DNA of 64,000 nt, taken from Candidatus Kaiserbacteria bacterium (GTDB lineage: Bacteria > Patescibacteriota > Minisyncoccia > Phycocordibacterales > UBA918). Numbering within the stretch: position 1 is the first letter of the stretch; every line of letters starts with the position of its first letter. Below, in pieces: positions 35,980 through 46,589 of this stretch. Under the pieces are notes generated by a model. It searched no databases. It was not told the origin of the DNA and saw only the letters and a list, made by a program, of their open reading frames with translations. A program made the translations under genes and the position numbers. The stretch spans positions 31,502 to 95,501 of the forward strand of contig JANPGF010000011.1 in the NCBI GenBank assembly GCA_031423775.1. Direction: 5' to 3'.

Positions 35980-38367
35980 TTGCAGGACAGAAAAAGGGAG
36001 CTGGGGTTAATCACCCCGGTGTCATCAATGTTTCAGAGACTCTTTGACACACTGTCAGCTCTGCCGGTTCACGGCATTGCTTCACAGGTAACGACTCGTG
36101 TCCTAGCGGGCACGGTGTCTGTGGTCGCTTCGGCGACGGGTAGTGGTAAAACACTGCTGTTGCCGGCGAGCTTGGCCATGCAGACCGGAAAGGTCGTGTA
36201 TGTCCTTGTTCCTCGTCGGTTCTTGGCGGTGAATGCTGCCGAAACGGTGGCAGAACTGTCAGGTTTGAAGGTGGGGCAGGAAGTGGGCTTTGCGATTGGT
36301 GCTCAGTCGGGCGAAGATTCGCAACGTTCCATGAATACCCGGGTGCTCTACTGCACCTACGGCTATGCGCTCGCAAGCGGTATCATCAACACTGCAGAAA
36401 ATTTCGTGTTTGATGAAATCCACGAAGCATCGCTCGACATGTCTATCTGTCGGGCCTTAGTCTATCGCCGAATTGCAAATGGCGAGCGGGTCAATGTGCT
36501 CGAGATGAGCGCAACGATTGATGCCGAGCGTCAGGCTGCCTATTGGCGGCCGGTGGCAAAAGTCAACGTGACGGAAATCGATGGCCGCACCTTCTCGTGT
36601 GAACGTCGGCATCGTCCGGCAGAGAGGCCAGAAGAGGCGGTGCTCGACTTGATCGCTGAAGGACGGACGGGTATTCTCGTTTTCCGTCCTGGTCGTGGTG
36701 AGGTTGAACATACAGCAGAGGCAATTCGGTCGCTCGTAGGAGAGGATGTTGAGGTCGCCGAAATCTATGGTGAACTCGACTATATCTCACGTAAAGCGGC
36801 CGTTGCTGCACCGAAAGGTGTGGTGAAGGTGCTCGTTGGTACCAACGTTGTTGAATCGGGTGCAAATATCACCTGGCTCGACGCGGGTGTGTCCTGCGGT
36901 AAAGCCAAAGAGCTGTCTGTGCGTCCGGAAACGGGCGCAACGTATCTCGCGCAGATTGATTTGCCACGGTGGCGGCTCGATCAGCAAGAGGGGCGCGTAA
37001 AGCGTTTCCGGAAAGGAATTTTTGTGCTCTGTTCGCCGCTGTCGTATGAAAAGCGGCCAGCCGAAACTACCCCGGAAATCAGGCGTCTGTCGCTCACCGA
37101 ACTCGTCATGCACTGCGCCTCGTTTGGCATTCGGGCTGAAGAGTTGGTCTTTGACTACTCGCCAGACCGTATGCGTATTCTAGAAGCAGAGACGAAATTA
37201 CAACGACTGGGTCTGGTTGACGCGGACTGCAGGCTAACAGAAGCTGGTAAGTTTGTGTCAGGCATACCCGTCGGGCCGGAAACGGGGGCAATGTTGTGGC
37301 ACGCCAAGCACATCGGTGTGCTGGATGCCGCCCTACCCTTGGCGGCAGTAATCGAGGTTGATGGGGTGCGGAAAGACTCTCGCGATTCCCATCATATAAA
37401 TGGTGTTTCGGATTGGCTCGATAGCTGCAAGGCTTTTGAGACGGTCTACAATGAACACAACAAATACGAACGAAAGGAGTTGATGAGACAATATAACGTC
37501 GGCTACAAACGATTTGAAGCCGCTAAAGACTTGTTGCATGACCTGATGCGTCGCTTTAGTGGCAGTGCTCAAATCATGCTCGAGGCGACGGACGATCATT
37601 TGAAGCAATGCCTGGTGGCAGGATTCATCACGAACCTGTTCCTAGGCACCCGTTTCCTCAGGCCCCTTTCGGGTGATCAGTATCTGGAATACAGTCCAGG
37701 TAATGGTTCGAGCGTACTGTTACATAGTGGATTTGCCCTCGGTCAGCTGCGCACTATTACGCCAAAGGATACACTCAAGCGTCCGTTTACGATTGTCGAA
37801 AAACTGACCGACGTGTCACTCTTCGACATTCTAGAGCTGGTCAAAGTTCGGCCGACTCTCGTTGAAACAACGGAACAGCGTGATGAAATCGGCCGATTCC
37901 GCTACGAAACCACTACCCGCCGGAAACTCTTCGGCGTGTATGAATTACCGGTCGAGCGGAGCGAAAGCCCGCTTACGCCCGAAGAAGCAGCCGAAAAGGA
38001 GGTGTATGAACGGACTAAAGATGAGTTTCGTCGTCGTCTGTACCTGTTGAATGACAAGCGTGAAGCACTGAGTATGTCCTCGGTTCGATTCGAGGATGAG
38101 TATTTCCGACTAGGATATATCGGCCGTGCCTACACCTATACGGAAACTGATGTGCTCCAGGCCGAACGTGACAGTGCGCAAGTAATCGAAGACGTGCGTG
38201 CCCGCCAAGCGTTGGATAAAAGACGGGAAGAACGTACTCTCAGCGATATTCTCGAGCGTGCGCTGCGAGAAAAACAACGGCCGGTAGTTTCTCCGGTACC
38301 ACCTCCTCCAGAGCCAATTGATCTCGCAGCAGGGATCGAGGCATTGAGGAAGCGATTTGGTCGCTAA
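35980..38367 (+). CDS. DEAH-box ATP-dependent helicase (HrpA/HrpB-like)
   Basis: Motif I GSGKT, motif II DEIHE, SAT, motif VI-like; 795 aa. Local GC is about 58% against about 45% in the flanks. Confidence 0.8.
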   Translation: MQDRKRELGLITPVSSMFQRLFDTLSALPVHGIASQVTTRVLAGTVSVVASATGSGKTLLLPASLAMQTGKVVYVLVPRRFLAVNAAETVAELSGLKVGQEVGFAIGAQSGEDSQRSMNTRVLYCTYGYALASGIINTAENFVFDEIHEASLDMSICRALVYRRIANGERVNVLEMSATIDAERQAAYWRPVAKVNVTEIDGRTFSCERRHRPAERPEEAVLDLIAEGRTGILVFRPGRGEVEHTAEAIRSLVGEDVEVAEIYGELDYISRKAAVAAPKGVVKVLVGTNVVESGANITWLDAGVSCGKAKELSVRPETGATYLAQIDLPRWRLDQQEGRVKRFRKGIFVLCSPLSYEKRPAETTPEIRRLSLTELVMHCASFGIRAEELVFDYSPDRMRILEAETKLQRLGLVDADCRLTEAGKFVSGIPVGPETGAMLWHAKHIGVLDAALPLAAVIEVDGVRKDSRDSHHINGVSDWLDSCKAFETVYNEHNKYERKELMRQYNVGYKRFEAAKDLLHDLMRRFSGSAQIMLEATDDHLKQCLVAGFITNLFLGTRFLRPLSGDQYLEYSPGNGSSVLLHSGFALGQLRTITPKDTLKRPFTIVEKLTDVSLFDILELVKVRPTLVETTEQRDEIGRFRYETTTRRKLFGVYELPVERSESPLTPEEAAEKEVYERTKDEFRRRLYLLNDKREALSMSSVRFEDEYFRLGYIGRAYTYTETDVLQAERDSAQVIEDVRARQALDKRREERTLSDILERALREKQRPVVSPVPPPPEPIDLAAGIEALRKRFGR

Positions 38368-38620
38368 GACAAAATACCTCGGGCAAAGTAACCATTTTTG
38401 CCCGAGCAAATCCTGCCTAGTGCAGGTATGGTGAAGATGGGTGACTACCATACTATAAAATGTCACCCTCACTTCAGAGGAGAGAGTTCTCGGATACATC
38501 CGCCGGGCACTGTCTCTTGTGAAGTGTTTTTATTTTTTATATTTGCAAACAGTTGTGTATAAAGTATGTGCTGAATGTTTGCTATACTGAGTGAGAGGTA
38601 GCTCTTAATGCTTTTTTACA

Positions 38621-40372
38621 ATGCGTATTGCTGATGATCAGTTGAAACGTTTTATTCTCGACTCCAACCTTATTACTAAGGCGGATATTGCTGCGGCCGA
38701 AAAAGTAGCCAAAGACGAGAGTAGGTCACTCAGTGAAGCGCTCGTGTCCGGTGGACATATGACCGAAGACGACATGCGTCGAGTTGAATCGTATGTTCTC
38801 GGCATCCCTTTTGTGTCTCTCAAAGACATGAAGATTGATTTTGAAATATTGTCGCTCATTCCAGAGCCGGTCGCACGTACCCATAATATTATTGCGTTTA
38901 AAAAGACTGACCAAACGCTCGAGGTGGCTATGTTAGATACGGCAGATTTGCCAGCCATTGATTTCGTGAAGAAAAAGGTCGGGTTAAAAATTCAGCCACG
39001 TCTCACTGATACTGATTCCATGCGCGGTGCCCTCCGTCAGTATCAGAAAACGCTTAAAGATGAGTTTGGCGATATCATCATGCGTGATGCGAATGCCCTC
39101 AAAGTGGTTATTGATGAAAATGGGGAAGAGACCTCCGAAGCGGATTTGAAAAAGTTGGCGGAAGATTTGCCGGTAGTACGTATCGTAGATACGTTACTTC
39201 GTCATGCCATCATTCAGGGAGCGTCTGATATTCATATTGAGCCAATGGAAGATGAGGTGCTCGTACGATACCGTATTGATGGCATTTTGAATGACGCGAT
39301 GAAACTACCTAAAATTGCCTCAGGCACTATTGTGGCTCGTTTAAAGGTGCTTTCAAATCTAAAACTCGATCAGAAACGGTTACCACAAGACGGACGTTTT
39401 AAAATGGAGATGGATGGACAAAAAGTAGCCTTTCGCGTTTCAATGTTGCCAGTCTATTACGGAGAAAAAGTGGTTATGCGACTTCTGCGCGAGAACCGTA
39501 CCGGGTTTTCACTCGAAGGCATTGGTTTTCATGGTTCAACGCTTGAACGTATCCATAAAGCAACACGTGCTACTACAGGTATTATTCTGGTGACAGGACC
39601 AACTGGATCAGGTAAATCAACCTCACTCTACACGGTGCTCGATTTGTTAAATACACCCGAAGTCAATATTTCAACCATTGAAGATCCAATTGAGTATCAG
39701 ATGGCGCGAGTAAATCAGACCCAAGTAAAACCTGAAATTGGTTTTACGTTTGCCGCAGGATTACGATCTCTGATGCGTCAGGATCCGGATATTATCATGG
39801 TGGGTGAAATTCGTGACCAGGAAACGGCGAGTTTGGCAATTAACGCTGCGCTCACAGGTCACCTCGTGTTGGCTACGGTCCACACGAATTCTTCGGCTGG
39901 TACGATTGCTCGCTTGATTGATATGGGCGTCGAATCGTTTTTACTCGTGTCGACACTCCGTGTTGCTATTGGGCAGCGACTCGTGCGTAAACTCACTGAC
40001 GATAAAATTTCATACACGTTATCAAAAGCCGAGCGCGATGAAATTGCTACTCATGCGAATCTCGATTTCGTGTTGGCAACTTTGAAAGAAGAAAAAATTG
40101 TACATCCAGACGCTACCTGGAATGATATCCCGTTTTATCATCCAAAAGAAAAAGGTTCATCTGAAGATGGGTATCATGGTCGAATGGGTATCCACGAAGT
40201 ATTTGAAATGTCGGCGACAATCAAGGATATGATTATGCGTCGGGAGACTGGTGACGCGCTTGAAATCCAGGCGCGCAAGGAGGGGATGCTTACCATGATG
40301 GAAGATGGTATTTACAAAGCCGCCAAAGGACTTACTAGTTTGGAAGAGGTGCTTCGCGTTATTTCAGAATAG
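38621..40372 (+). CDS. pilB: Type IV pilus assembly ATPase PilB (GspE family)
   Basis: N-terminal GSPII domain, Walker A GPTGSGKST, Asp/His boxes. Confidence 0.9.
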   Translation: MRIADDQLKRFILDSNLITKADIAAAEKVAKDESRSLSEALVSGGHMTEDDMRRVESYVLGIPFVSLKDMKIDFEILSLIPEPVARTHNIIAFKKTDQTLEVAMLDTADLPAIDFVKKKVGLKIQPRLTDTDSMRGALRQYQKTLKDEFGDIIMRDANALKVVIDENGEETSEADLKKLAEDLPVVRIVDTLLRHAIIQGASDIHIEPMEDEVLVRYRIDGILNDAMKLPKIASGTIVARLKVLSNLKLDQKRLPQDGRFKMEMDGQKVAFRVSMLPVYYGEKVVMRLLRENRTGFSLEGIGFHGSTLERIHKATRATTGIILVTGPTGSGKSTSLYTVLDLLNTPEVNISTIEDPIEYQMARVNQTQVKPEIGFTFAAGLRSLMRQDPDIIMVGEIRDQETASLAINAALTGHLVLATVHTNSSAGTIARLIDMGVESFLLVSTLRVAIGQRLVRKLTDDKISYTLSKAERDEIATHANLDFVLATLKEEKIVHPDATWNDIPFYHPKEKGSSEDGYHGRMGIHEVFEMSATIKDMIMRRETGDALEIQARKEGMLTMMEDGIYKAAKGLTSLEEVLRVISE

Positions 40373-40384
40373 CGTACATTCATT

Positions 40385-41614
40385 ATGGCAATATTTACCT
40401 ATCAGGGTGAAGACAATGAAGGTAAAAAAGTAACAGAAACGGTTACTGCCGAAGATCGGTATGCGGTGTATGACATTGCCCGGACAAACGGACATACCAT
40501 CTCAAGTATTGAAGAGCAAAGTGGTTTTTCGTTCAAAAACTTGATCAATATGGAGGCCATCAATTATAAGATGGCTCGAGTGAAACAAGATGAATTGGTT
40601 ATGGTGACTCGTAATCTTGGCTCGATGCTTGTAGCGGGACTGACAGTAATCCGAGCGCTCTCGGTTATTGAGCGACAATCGAGCAATGCAAAATTGAAAG
40701 GAGTGATAAAAAAAATAAGTGCACGTTTAAATAAGGGTGATCAATTTAATGAAGCCCTAAAGGAGTTTCCAGAAGTTTTTTCTGATTTGTATATTGCTAT
40801 GGTGCGAGCAGGGGAAGAGAGTGGAAATTTAGCGGAATCACTCCAAACCCTTGCCGTACAAATGGAGCGCGCGTCAACACTTAAAAAGAAAATTAAGGGC
40901 GCCATGATGTATCCGTCAATTGTACTTACGGTCATGCTTATTATCGGGGTTCTGATGATGATTTTTGTTATGCCGCAAATTACGGTTGTATTTAAAGGGA
41001 TGGGTAAAGATTTGCCGGCAATGACACGAGTGTTGATAAACACCAGTGATTTTATGGTGAACTACACGGTGTTCACGATTGGAGGATTATTGGGATTTTT
41101 TATTGGGATGGGATATTTATTGCGTTCGAAACCTGGCAAGATTGGAACTTCCTGGCTAGTTCCGAAACTTCCGGTGATTGGCACTCTCGCTAAAGAAATG
41201 AATTCGGCCCGGACAGCACGTACACTTTCTTCATTACTGAATTCGGGAGTTGATGTGATCCAGTCACTCGAAATTACCGAAGAAGTAGTCCAGAATGTGT
41301 TTTATAAAAAGATTCTCCGCGATGCAAGAGCACGGGTAGAAAAGGGTTCAGCACTATCTGATGCGTTTATTGAACGTTCAGATCTGTATCCAATTTTGGT
41401 GGGAGAAATGATTTTGGTAGGAGAGGAAACGGGGCAGATTGCGGGAATGTTGGGTGAGTTGGCTATCTTTTACGAAACAGAAGTTGAGCGTAAAACGAAA
41501 GATCTTTCAACAATTATTGAGCCGCTCCTGATGGTGGTTATCGGAGGTGGTGTAGGATTCTTCGCACTGGCTTTGATTTCACCGATTTATTCAATTGGCG
41601 ATGGTATTAAATAA
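40385..41614 (+). CDS. pilC: Type IV pilus inner-membrane platform protein PilC (GspF family)
   Basis: Duplicated GspF domains; 409 aa polytopic membrane protein. Confidence 0.9.
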   Translation: MAIFTYQGEDNEGKKVTETVTAEDRYAVYDIARTNGHTISSIEEQSGFSFKNLINMEAINYKMARVKQDELVMVTRNLGSMLVAGLTVIRALSVIERQSSNAKLKGVIKKISARLNKGDQFNEALKEFPEVFSDLYIAMVRAGEESGNLAESLQTLAVQMERASTLKKKIKGAMMYPSIVLTVMLIIGVLMMIFVMPQITVVFKGMGKDLPAMTRVLINTSDFMVNYTVFTIGGLLGFFIGMGYLLRSKPGKIGTSWLVPKLPVIGTLAKEMNSARTARTLSSLLNSGVDVIQSLEITEEVVQNVFYKKILRDARARVEKGSALSDAFIERSDLYPILVGEMILVGEETGQIAGMLGELAIFYETEVERKTKDLSTIIEPLLMVVIGGGVGFFALALISPIYSIGDGIK

Positions 41615-43334
41615 CAAAACAACTACTAGAGGATTTGCTCTGATTGAGCTTTTGATAACAGCGGCTGTTATGTTGATTATTTTTGGTGGTATTTTTATTG
41701 GTTTTCGATATAGTTTAGATTTGATTACGCAGAGTCGGGCAAAATTATCAGGACTTACTCTTGCTAATGAGCGAATGGAATATCTCCACTCCTTGTCCTA
41801 CGATGCGGTTGGTACATTATCCGGTATTCCTGCGGGCGCTATTCCACAAGTCAGTACCACTTCTTTAAACAACATTGTGTTCACCGAAACGGTCTTAGTT
41901 GAGTACATTGATGATGCTGCGGATGGCATCGGGTTGGCAGATACTAATAGTATTACTACCGATTACAAATTAGCAAAAGTAACCGAAAGTTGGCAGACTC
42001 ACGGAGTGACACATGAAGTTTTCTTGGTGAGTAATATTATTCCGCGCTCCATTGAAACAAATGTAGGTGGAGGCACCTTGCGTGTTAATGTGTTTGACTC
42101 AAATGTGCAACCTTTACCAGGAGCTGATGTCCGAGTCTGGAATACGACTGGTACTACCAGTATTGATGTGACACATACCACTGATGCTACGGGAGTCGCA
42201 CTGTTTGGTGGCGCTCCTGCTAATTCTGGATATCAAATCAGTGTCACGGCACCTGGCTACTCTACCGATCAGACTTATGTTGCAACGACTACATTGCCTA
42301 ATCCAACAACGCAACCAGTTGCAGTTCGGGTGGCTGATATTTCAACAATGAACTTCTTTATTGATCGATTAAGTAATTTGTCGATTACGACGCTTTTGAG
42401 CAAGACAGCCAGTACTAGCAACTTTTCGTTTACATCACTTGCACAAGTAGCGAGTTCGACTGGAGTAACAACGTCTGGTAGTGCGCTTACGCTTACGTCT
42501 GCTGTTGGCGTGTACGCCAGTAGCGGGTCTGCCTATCTCGCTCCCATTACACCTGCGACACTGGCAAGTTGGGATGTCGTTACTGTTACAGCCAGCACTA
42601 CTGTATCAACCTCGGTAAAGGTATCGTTCTATACTGGTACCAGTACCTTTATACTTATACCGGATAGTGATTTACCAGGTAACAGTGCAGGCTTTTCAGC
42701 TACCACCATTTCACTAGCTGCGTTAAATCCTGTTACCTATCCAAGTATTGGAGTGCTGGTGAAACTCGGTACAGCCTCGTCATCCCAAACGCCGCAACTG
42801 AGTGCTCTACAGGTTGGTGTTTTGACAGCAAAAACCGTAGCCCCAGCAATACCGCTTGTAATTCGCGGGGCTAAAGCGATTGGTACGCTTGTTGATACCA
42901 CGCCCGTATATAAATACGCCACTACAACCAGTACCAACGGTAGTGGAATGAGAACGCTTGCTGCTATCGAGTGGGACGCCTACACTGTTTCTCCGAGTGG
43001 GTATGATGTTGCAGAAGCTTGTCCAGCAAATCCCTATGCGCTCACGGCTGGGGCCAGTTCTTCCTTAGAATTACTTTTAGCTGCAAATACACCGAACAGT
43101 TTACGAGTGGTTGTCCAAAAAATTTCTGGTGGTACGCTCCCCGGAGCATCAATCACGCTGTCGCGGAGTGGCTATACAAGCACTGCTATTTCTTCAGCCT
43201 GTGGCCAAGTGTATTTCAGTGGAGTTACCAATGCCAGTGACTATGATTTGACGGTTTCGGCTGCGGGATATACCACCCAGTCTTTTTCTGGGGTAAGTAT
43301 ATCGGGGGATGTGGTACAGACGGTAACCTTCTAA
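41595..43334 (+). CDS. Large pilin-like protein with a type IV prepilin N-terminus
   Basis: Class III signal GFALIELLITAAVMLIIFGGIF followed by a Thr/Ser-rich beta-rich region. Confidence 0.6.
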   Translation: MAMVLNNKTTTRGFALIELLITAAVMLIIFGGIFIGFRYSLDLITQSRAKLSGLTLANERMEYLHSLSYDAVGTLSGIPAGAIPQVSTTSLNNIVFTETVLVEYIDDAADGIGLADTNSITTDYKLAKVTESWQTHGVTHEVFLVSNIIPRSIETNVGGGTLRVNVFDSNVQPLPGADVRVWNTTGTTSIDVTHTTDATGVALFGGAPANSGYQISVTAPGYSTDQTYVATTTLPNPTTQPVAVRVADISTMNFFIDRLSNLSITTLLSKTASTSNFSFTSLAQVASSTGVTTSGSALTLTSAVGVYASSGSAYLAPITPATLASWDVVTVTASTTVSTSVKVSFYTGTSTFILIPDSDLPGNSAGFSATTISLAALNPVTYPSIGVLVKLGTASSSQTPQLSALQVGVLTAKTVAPAIPLVIRGAKAIGTLVDTTPVYKYATTTSTNGSGMRTLAAIEWDAYTVSPSGYDVAEACPANPYALTAGASSSLELLLAANTPNSLRVVVQKISGGTLPGASITLSRSGYTSTAISSACGQVYFSGVTNASDYDLTVSAAGYTTQSFSGVSISGDVVQTVTF

Positions 43335-43336
43335 AC

Positions 43337-43969
43337 ATGGATATCTCAACGCTACAACACAGACAGGTTCGAACTCAATTAGGTTTTACGCTGCTTGAAA
43401 TGATTATGGTAATTGCAATCAATACCATACTACTGGCTGCAATCATGGGGTCAGTCACTCAAATATATAAAAACAATAGCTATACTTTTGAGCAGGCAAA
43501 TGAAATCGAAGCCGCACGTCGTAGTATTGGTATCTGGGTGCGTGACGCCCGTGAAATGACTCTCGGAGCTGATGGTTCGTATCCAGTCGCAGTGTTGCAG
43601 AATAATAAAATGGGATTTTATAGTGATATTGATCGCGATAGTAATGTTGAATACGTTGAGTACACTCTGAGTACTACCACCCTGACTAAAAAAACCTACA
43701 ATCCTGTGGGCACTCCGCCTGTGTATAGTACGACAACTCCAGATACAACTGACATACTTTCAATTTATGTACAAAATGGGTTACAAGGTGTGCCGGTCTT
43801 TACCTATTACAGTGCCACGGGTACGGTGCTGGCTTCACCATCAGCTATGTTGACTGACATGCGCTACGTCGTCATGAAAGTAATTGTAAATATTGACCCC
43901 ACCCGTTCCCCGGGAGAGTTTATGCTTCATGCGAGTGCGGCACCACGAAACCTCAAAGACAACCTATAG
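43337..43969 (+). CDS. Type IV pilin-like / prepilin-type N-terminal cleavage-methylation domain protein
   Basis: GFTLLEMIMVIAINTILLAAIMG prepilin motif. Confidence 0.6.
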   Translation: MDISTLQHRQVRTQLGFTLLEMIMVIAINTILLAAIMGSVTQIYKNNSYTFEQANEIEAARRSIGIWVRDAREMTLGADGSYPVAVLQNNKMGFYSDIDRDSNVEYVEYTLSTTTLTKKTYNPVGTPPVYSTTTPDTTDILSIYVQNGLQGVPVFTYYSATGTVLASPSAMLTDMRYVVMKVIVNIDPTRSPGEFMLHASAAPRNLKDNL

Positions 43970-43974
43970 TCGTC

Positions 43975-44190
43975 CATCCACTAAGCCCTTATCTACGTTG
44001 TTAAATGAAGAAACGAGCGTAGCGACTATTCTGAATTTATGCCAGTACTTTGCCCCTCCCTAGGGCAAAGTATCGGCGCAGGTGTAAACCTGATACCGAA
44101 GGTTGTTCAAGAACTTTTGCCTAGAAAGGGCGAAAGTTGGAACTAATCAAAAGCATACTCGCTTCCGCTCGTTGTTTTGCTTAATCTAAG
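43975..44190 (+). repeat. Dispersed intergenic repeat family R2, copy A
   Basis: Shares taaatgaagaaacgag, tttgcccctNcctagRgcaaa hairpin, gaacttttgcctag, aaagttggaact, aatcaaaagcatactcgc and cgctcgttgttttg modules with 55022-55346. Confidence 0.6.
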
Positions 44191-44269
44191 GGATTATTGA
44201 ATGAACTTACATCGCGCAAGACTTTACGCTAGTTCTCACAATTTATGCAGAGCATTTAATATGTTATAA

Positions 44270-45736
44270 GTGTGGGTCTTGTATACTGGTGGTATGTTTC
44301 GTTCTTCCGTTCGACCCCCTGCAGCCACTAGTGGTTTTCTTTTGGTATTGGTATTAGTATTTGGGGCAATCTTCTTTACTATTGCGAGTTCGTTTATTGT
44401 TTTTATTGTTATACAGAGTAAGCTTGTGGCGCAAAAAGTTGAGATCGAAAGCGCCGGGCAAATTGCTGAAGCTGGGCTAAATTATTATAAATGGTATTTG
44501 TCACACTACCCGAATGACACAACAAATGGTACTGGTTTGCCCGGCCCTTATATTGGAGTGTATAAAGATCCTGAAGGAGCTGCAATTGGCGAGTGGTCGC
44601 TTTCGGTTGCGAGTACCACCTATTGTGGCGATGTGGCATCGATTGACGTGACAGCGGTTGGACATACCTATGCCGCCCCGACTATCACTCGCAAATTGAC
44701 TGCCAAATATGCCCGACCTACCGTAGCGTCATTTGCGGTTATCTTAAATTCAAATGTTTGGGCAGGTTCTGATCGTATTATAAATGGACCATACCATTCA
44801 AATGGCGGAGTCCGCATGGATGGCACTAATAATTCTGTGGTGACGAGTGGTCAGTCAACCTGGTCGTGCGATCCAAGTTTTGGATGTACTCCAACCTCTA
44901 CAAAAAATGGGGTGTTCACGAGCACTGCTAATGCAGACGCTTCGCTATTTGATTTTCCTGCGGCCCCGATTAACTTCGCAGGCATCACGGTCGACCTCTC
45001 TTCAATGCAGACTCGGGCGCAGACGAGAGGAGGTTTATATATTCCTCCGTCAGGTGCGTATGGCTACCAGTTAAAATTTAACAGTAGTGGTACGGTATCA
45101 GTCTCTAAAGTGACGAATACAACTTTGTACTGGGGGTATACCACTGAAAATGGTTGGGTGCAGGAACGAAATGTGATTTCTGCCTCGACCTCAGTTGCAA
45201 CCTATACAATTCCCACGAGCTGCCCGCTTATCTTCGTCGAGGACAAAGTTTGGCTGAGTGGCACAGTGAAAGATCGGGTGGCACTAGCAGCAGCTGATCT
45301 CGATAGTCCTGGTGTCGACCCATCAATCATTTTGCAAGGAAATATCACCTATACCTCTGCAACTAGTTCTGGGTTCCTGGCAGTGAGTGAAGAGGATACT
45401 CTCATTGGTGTAAATGTTCCAACAGATATGTTGATAAATGGTGTCTACATTGCGCAAAACGGTCGGTATGGACGTAATCATTATGAAAATGGTGGAACAG
45501 GACATGCTCTCCCGGGAAGTCTCACTGTGTACATTCTCCGTAATTCTGAAACCATGAATGGCACTATTGTGAGTAACGGCAGAGTGGGTACTCAGTGGAC
45601 TTCGGGAGGTCTCATTGTGTCAGGATTTCAAACACGTACTAATACCTATGATAGAAATTTAATCGCAAATCCGCCGCCACTTATTCCGGTTACGTCTGAT
45701 GTGTATCAGTTTTCAGAGTGGCGTGATGGTAGTTGA
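44270..45736 (+). CDS. Hypothetical pilus-associated membrane/secreted protein (488 aa)
   Basis: Hydrophobic N-terminal helix followed by a large beta-rich domain. It is the last gene of the pilus cluster, and a terminator follows. Confidence 0.45.
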   Translation: MWVLYTGGMFRSSVRPPAATSGFLLVLVLVFGAIFFTIASSFIVFIVIQSKLVAQKVEIESAGQIAEAGLNYYKWYLSHYPNDTTNGTGLPGPYIGVYKDPEGAAIGEWSLSVASTTYCGDVASIDVTAVGHTYAAPTITRKLTAKYARPTVASFAVILNSNVWAGSDRIINGPYHSNGGVRMDGTNNSVVTSGQSTWSCDPSFGCTPTSTKNGVFTSTANADASLFDFPAAPINFAGITVDLSSMQTRAQTRGGLYIPPSGAYGYQLKFNSSGTVSVSKVTNTTLYWGYTTENGWVQERNVISASTSVATYTIPTSCPLIFVEDKVWLSGTVKDRVALAAADLDSPGVDPSIILQGNITYTSATSSGFLAVSEEDTLIGVNVPTDMLINGVYIAQNGRYGRNHYENGGTGHALPGSLTVYILRNSETMNGTIVSNGRVGTQWTSGGLIVSGFQTRTNTYDRNLIANPPPLIPVTSDVYQFSEWRDGS

Positions 45737-45751
45737 TGAATATGATAGGTA

Positions 45752-45797
45752 AAAAACTACCCACTGCGGACAATTGTCCGCAGTGGGTAGTTTTGTT
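45752..45797 (+). terminator. Rho-independent terminator
   Basis: Hairpin aactacccactgcggacaattgtccgcagtgggtagtt followed by ttgttg. Confidence 0.55.
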
Positions 45798-45818
45798 GTC
45801 GTGGTACAATTTCTGCAT

Positions 45819-46580
45819 ATGACAAAACATCATGCGCCACTTGTTATTGGTAATTGGAAAATGAATCCAGTTTCAATGGGAGAAGTTAAAACCATAATAA
45901 CCAGTCTTAAGACCGCCCTCAAAAAAAATACCGATGTTACCGTTGTTATAGCTCCACCCGCACTCTATCTTATGGAGGCAAAGAAATTGCTTGGTACGAG
46001 TCCAATTGGTCTAGGGGCTCAGGATGTGAATCCAGCTCCGATGGGGGCACAAACGGGTGAGCATTCCATTCCTATGTTGACTGGAATGGGAGTGACTACT
46101 GTGATTGTAGGACATAGCGAACGACGGGCACTTGGCGAGACTGATGAGATGGTGGGGGCAAAAGTGGCCGCTCTCATTAAATCAAAACTTACACCAGTAG
46201 TCTGTATCGGTGAACGAGAACGGGATGCTCAGGGTAATTTCTTTATGGTAATCGAAGCGCAGATTAAAACTGCTCTTGCTACTATCCCCAAAGCTCGGTT
46301 TAAAGATGTGGTTATTGCGTATGAGCCAATTTGGGCGATTGGTACCGGAAAGACGGCAACTGCTGAAGATGTAAATGAAATGCGATTATTTATTCAAAAA
46401 ATTCTGACCAAACATTTTGATCGGGCTTCAGCAGGAAAGATCTGCATTATTTATGGGGGTTCAGTCTCGGCTCAAAATGCAGCAGATTTATTTGTTGGTG
46501 GAGGGGTAGATGGATTTTTGGTGGGGGGCGCGAGCTTGCGTCCTCAAGAGTTTAGTCAAATTATAAGTAGTGTTCGATAG
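45819..46580 (+). CDS. tpiA: Triosephosphate isomerase
   Basis: AYEPIWAIGTGKTAT active-site motif. The start is chosen at MTKHH, downstream of the terminator. Confidence 0.9.
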   Translation: MTKHHAPLVIGNWKMNPVSMGEVKTIITSLKTALKKNTDVTVVIAPPALYLMEAKKLLGTSPIGLGAQDVNPAPMGAQTGEHSIPMLTGMGVTTVIVGHSERRALGETDEMVGAKVAALIKSKLTPVVCIGERERDAQGNFFMVIEAQIKTALATIPKARFKDVVIAYEPIWAIGTGKTATAEDVNEMRLFIQKILTKHFDRASAGKICIIYGGSVSAQNAADLFVGGGVDGFLVGGASLRPQEFSQIISSVR

Positions 46581-46589
46581 ATATACCGT

